This document shows positions 62,416 to 64,000 of a stretch of 64,000 bases of DNA, one piece after another. The DNA is taken from NCBI GenBank assembly GCA_043228905.1, contig JBHGNT010000012.1, forward strand, positions 13,206,001-13,270,000, in the 5' to 3' direction. The notes under the pieces are model-generated. The model worked only from the letters and a program-made list of their open reading frames with translations, did no database searches and was not told the DNA's origin. Every line of letters begins with the position of its first letter. The first letter of the stretch is position 1. Both the position numbers and the translations under genes were made by a program. The DNA is from Azolla caroliniana (Eukaryota > Plantae > Polypodiophyta).

Positions 62416-63682
62416 TTTAGTTAGTCTATCAACCACAACCCAGATGGCATCATGGCCTTTCTAGGTACGAGGAAGGCTGACAATAAAATCCATGGATATA
62501 CTTTCCCACTTATTATTGGGAATGTCCAAGGGATGTAAAAGTCTTGCGACTTTAAATCGCTCGGCTTTGTTAACATGACATTAGTGACATTTAGTCACAT
62601 AGCTATGTGTGACGGGATGCATCTTAGGCCAATAAAATTGAGTGGAGATGAGAACGAGTGTACGATGTATTCCAGGGTGCCCTGCTGAGGGTGCATCATG
62701 GCATTAAAAAAGAATCCTCTTTTTGACCTCAGTTAAATCTGGGACACAAACCTTCCCATTACGGTAGAGCAAACCGTTAGCAATGTGGAAGTATTCCTTC
62801 AAGGATGTGGTGGTGTCTGTTCCAGACTCAACTCTTGCCCAGTATTTTGCGAAATAACTGTCATCAGAATACTTTCCTCGAAGGTGATCATAAAGATCTG
62901 ATGATATTTCAGTGAAGCTAAGCATGTTAACTTCACGGATGCGACTTAGTGCATTAGCGACAGTGTTCATGGAACTTTTACGATATCGTATGGAAAAATC
63001 AAAGTCCTGGATGAGATCAGCCCATCGTGCCTTACGACCTTTCAGGTCTTGTTGGTCACAAAAATATTTCAAGGACTCGTGGTCCGTAGTTACCACAAAG
63101 TGATTTCCATAAAGATAATGGCGCCATGTTTTGAGCGCATGTATAACTGCAAATAATTCCTTTTCTTGAACGGTATACCGACATTGAGCAGAATCAAGTT
63201 TCTTACTCTCGAATGCTATTGGTTTACCATCTTGATACAAGACAGCACCTATAGCATAATCGCTTGCATCGGTTTCAACCTCAAAAGGTTTTGAAGGATC
63301 GGGTAAAAGAAGTGAAGGAGCCTTGCATACCAGGTCCTTGAGTTCCTTAAAGGCGAGGTCTTGTGTAGCATTCCAGACAATAGGTTTTGTGGACTTATGC
63401 GTTTGACCTTTTAGAAGATCAGTAAACGGCATCGTCAATTGGGAGTAATTACGAAGGGATTTTCGCAAAAACACGACAAAACCAAGGAATGATCGAACTT
63501 CTCGAATGTTCCGAAGAGTGGGCCAAAGCTTGATTTTCTCGATGCGAGAAGGATCAATTTCAACTCCTCGTTCGGTTATGAGATGTCCAAGATAAGTAGT
63601 TGATTTCTTGAAGAACTCACATTTTGAGATCTTCGCATCAAACTATTTGTCATGCAATGTTTGTAAAACAAAGCGGACATGT

Positions 63683-64000
63683 TGATGAGGAATAATCGTC
63701 ACTTTCCAAACTCCACCTCTCGGCCGCAACCAAAGAAACACACGAATCGTTGTTGCAGAAAATGGGAAATGCAGAAGTAATAGATGGACACGCGATTTAA
63801 CGTGGAAAACCCTGTACGGGAAAAAAACCACGGGAGTACAAGACTCCGAACCGAAACTATGCACAGAGAAGTATACAATGGCGAGCTGCAAGGCGACGAC
63901 CTTGAGCTCGCTGTCCTCGCCACAGGCGGCGGAAATACACAGAGGCGTCTACCTCTTCCTCTCTCTCACGCTCTATCTCTCTCTCTCTCACGGCTGCTCT
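63683..64000 (-). mobile_element. Copia-type LTR end, truncated by the window edge
   Basis: RT homology ends abruptly near 63682. Motif gatttaacgtggaaaacc...gggaaaaaaaccacggg resembles the solo LTR near 16694 and the Copia-2 LTR. Confidence 0.55.

Larger units (their letters stand above)
56004..63682 (-). mobile_element. Chromovirus (same family as 21478), 3' half, split by a 5-kb foreign segment
   Basis: 3' LTR 56004-56460, INT and chromodomain 56461-57420, INT/RH/RT end 62416-63682, collinear with the 21478 copy. Confidence 0.85.

Overview
Eukaryotic land-plant DNA, probably from a non-seed plant such as a fern (inferred from the TE families present). About 85% is deeply nested transposable elements. 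The only intact host gene is a single-exon GPI-anchored fasciclin-like arabinogalactan protein (51477-52271, +). Nest 1 (about 5046-30190) is a decayed Sola-like DDD DNA transposon. Its transposase has an intron filled with an AGCTAATTAGCT satellite and sits opposite a convergent FCP1/NIF-like gene remnant. It was hit by an Athila-like Gypsy, two solo LTRs, two Copia elements and an RT-deleted chromovirus. Nest 2 (30190-48643) is a Copia remnant containing another Copia, two Tcn1/Tf1-sushi-like chromoviruses, a related solo LTR and a hAT MITE. Nest 3 (55040-64000) is a LINE remnant and a rearranged pair of chromoviruses. The most notable signal is a shared LTR architecture in three Tcn1-like families: an antisense tRNA-like Pol III A/B-box cassette at the U3 tip, then a TF-site array (heat-shock elements in two families, RY motifs in the third), TATA, and an 11-nt Tf1-type self-primer (matching PBS seen in the two full elements). 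All coordinates and alignments were read by eye, and family names need database confirmation.
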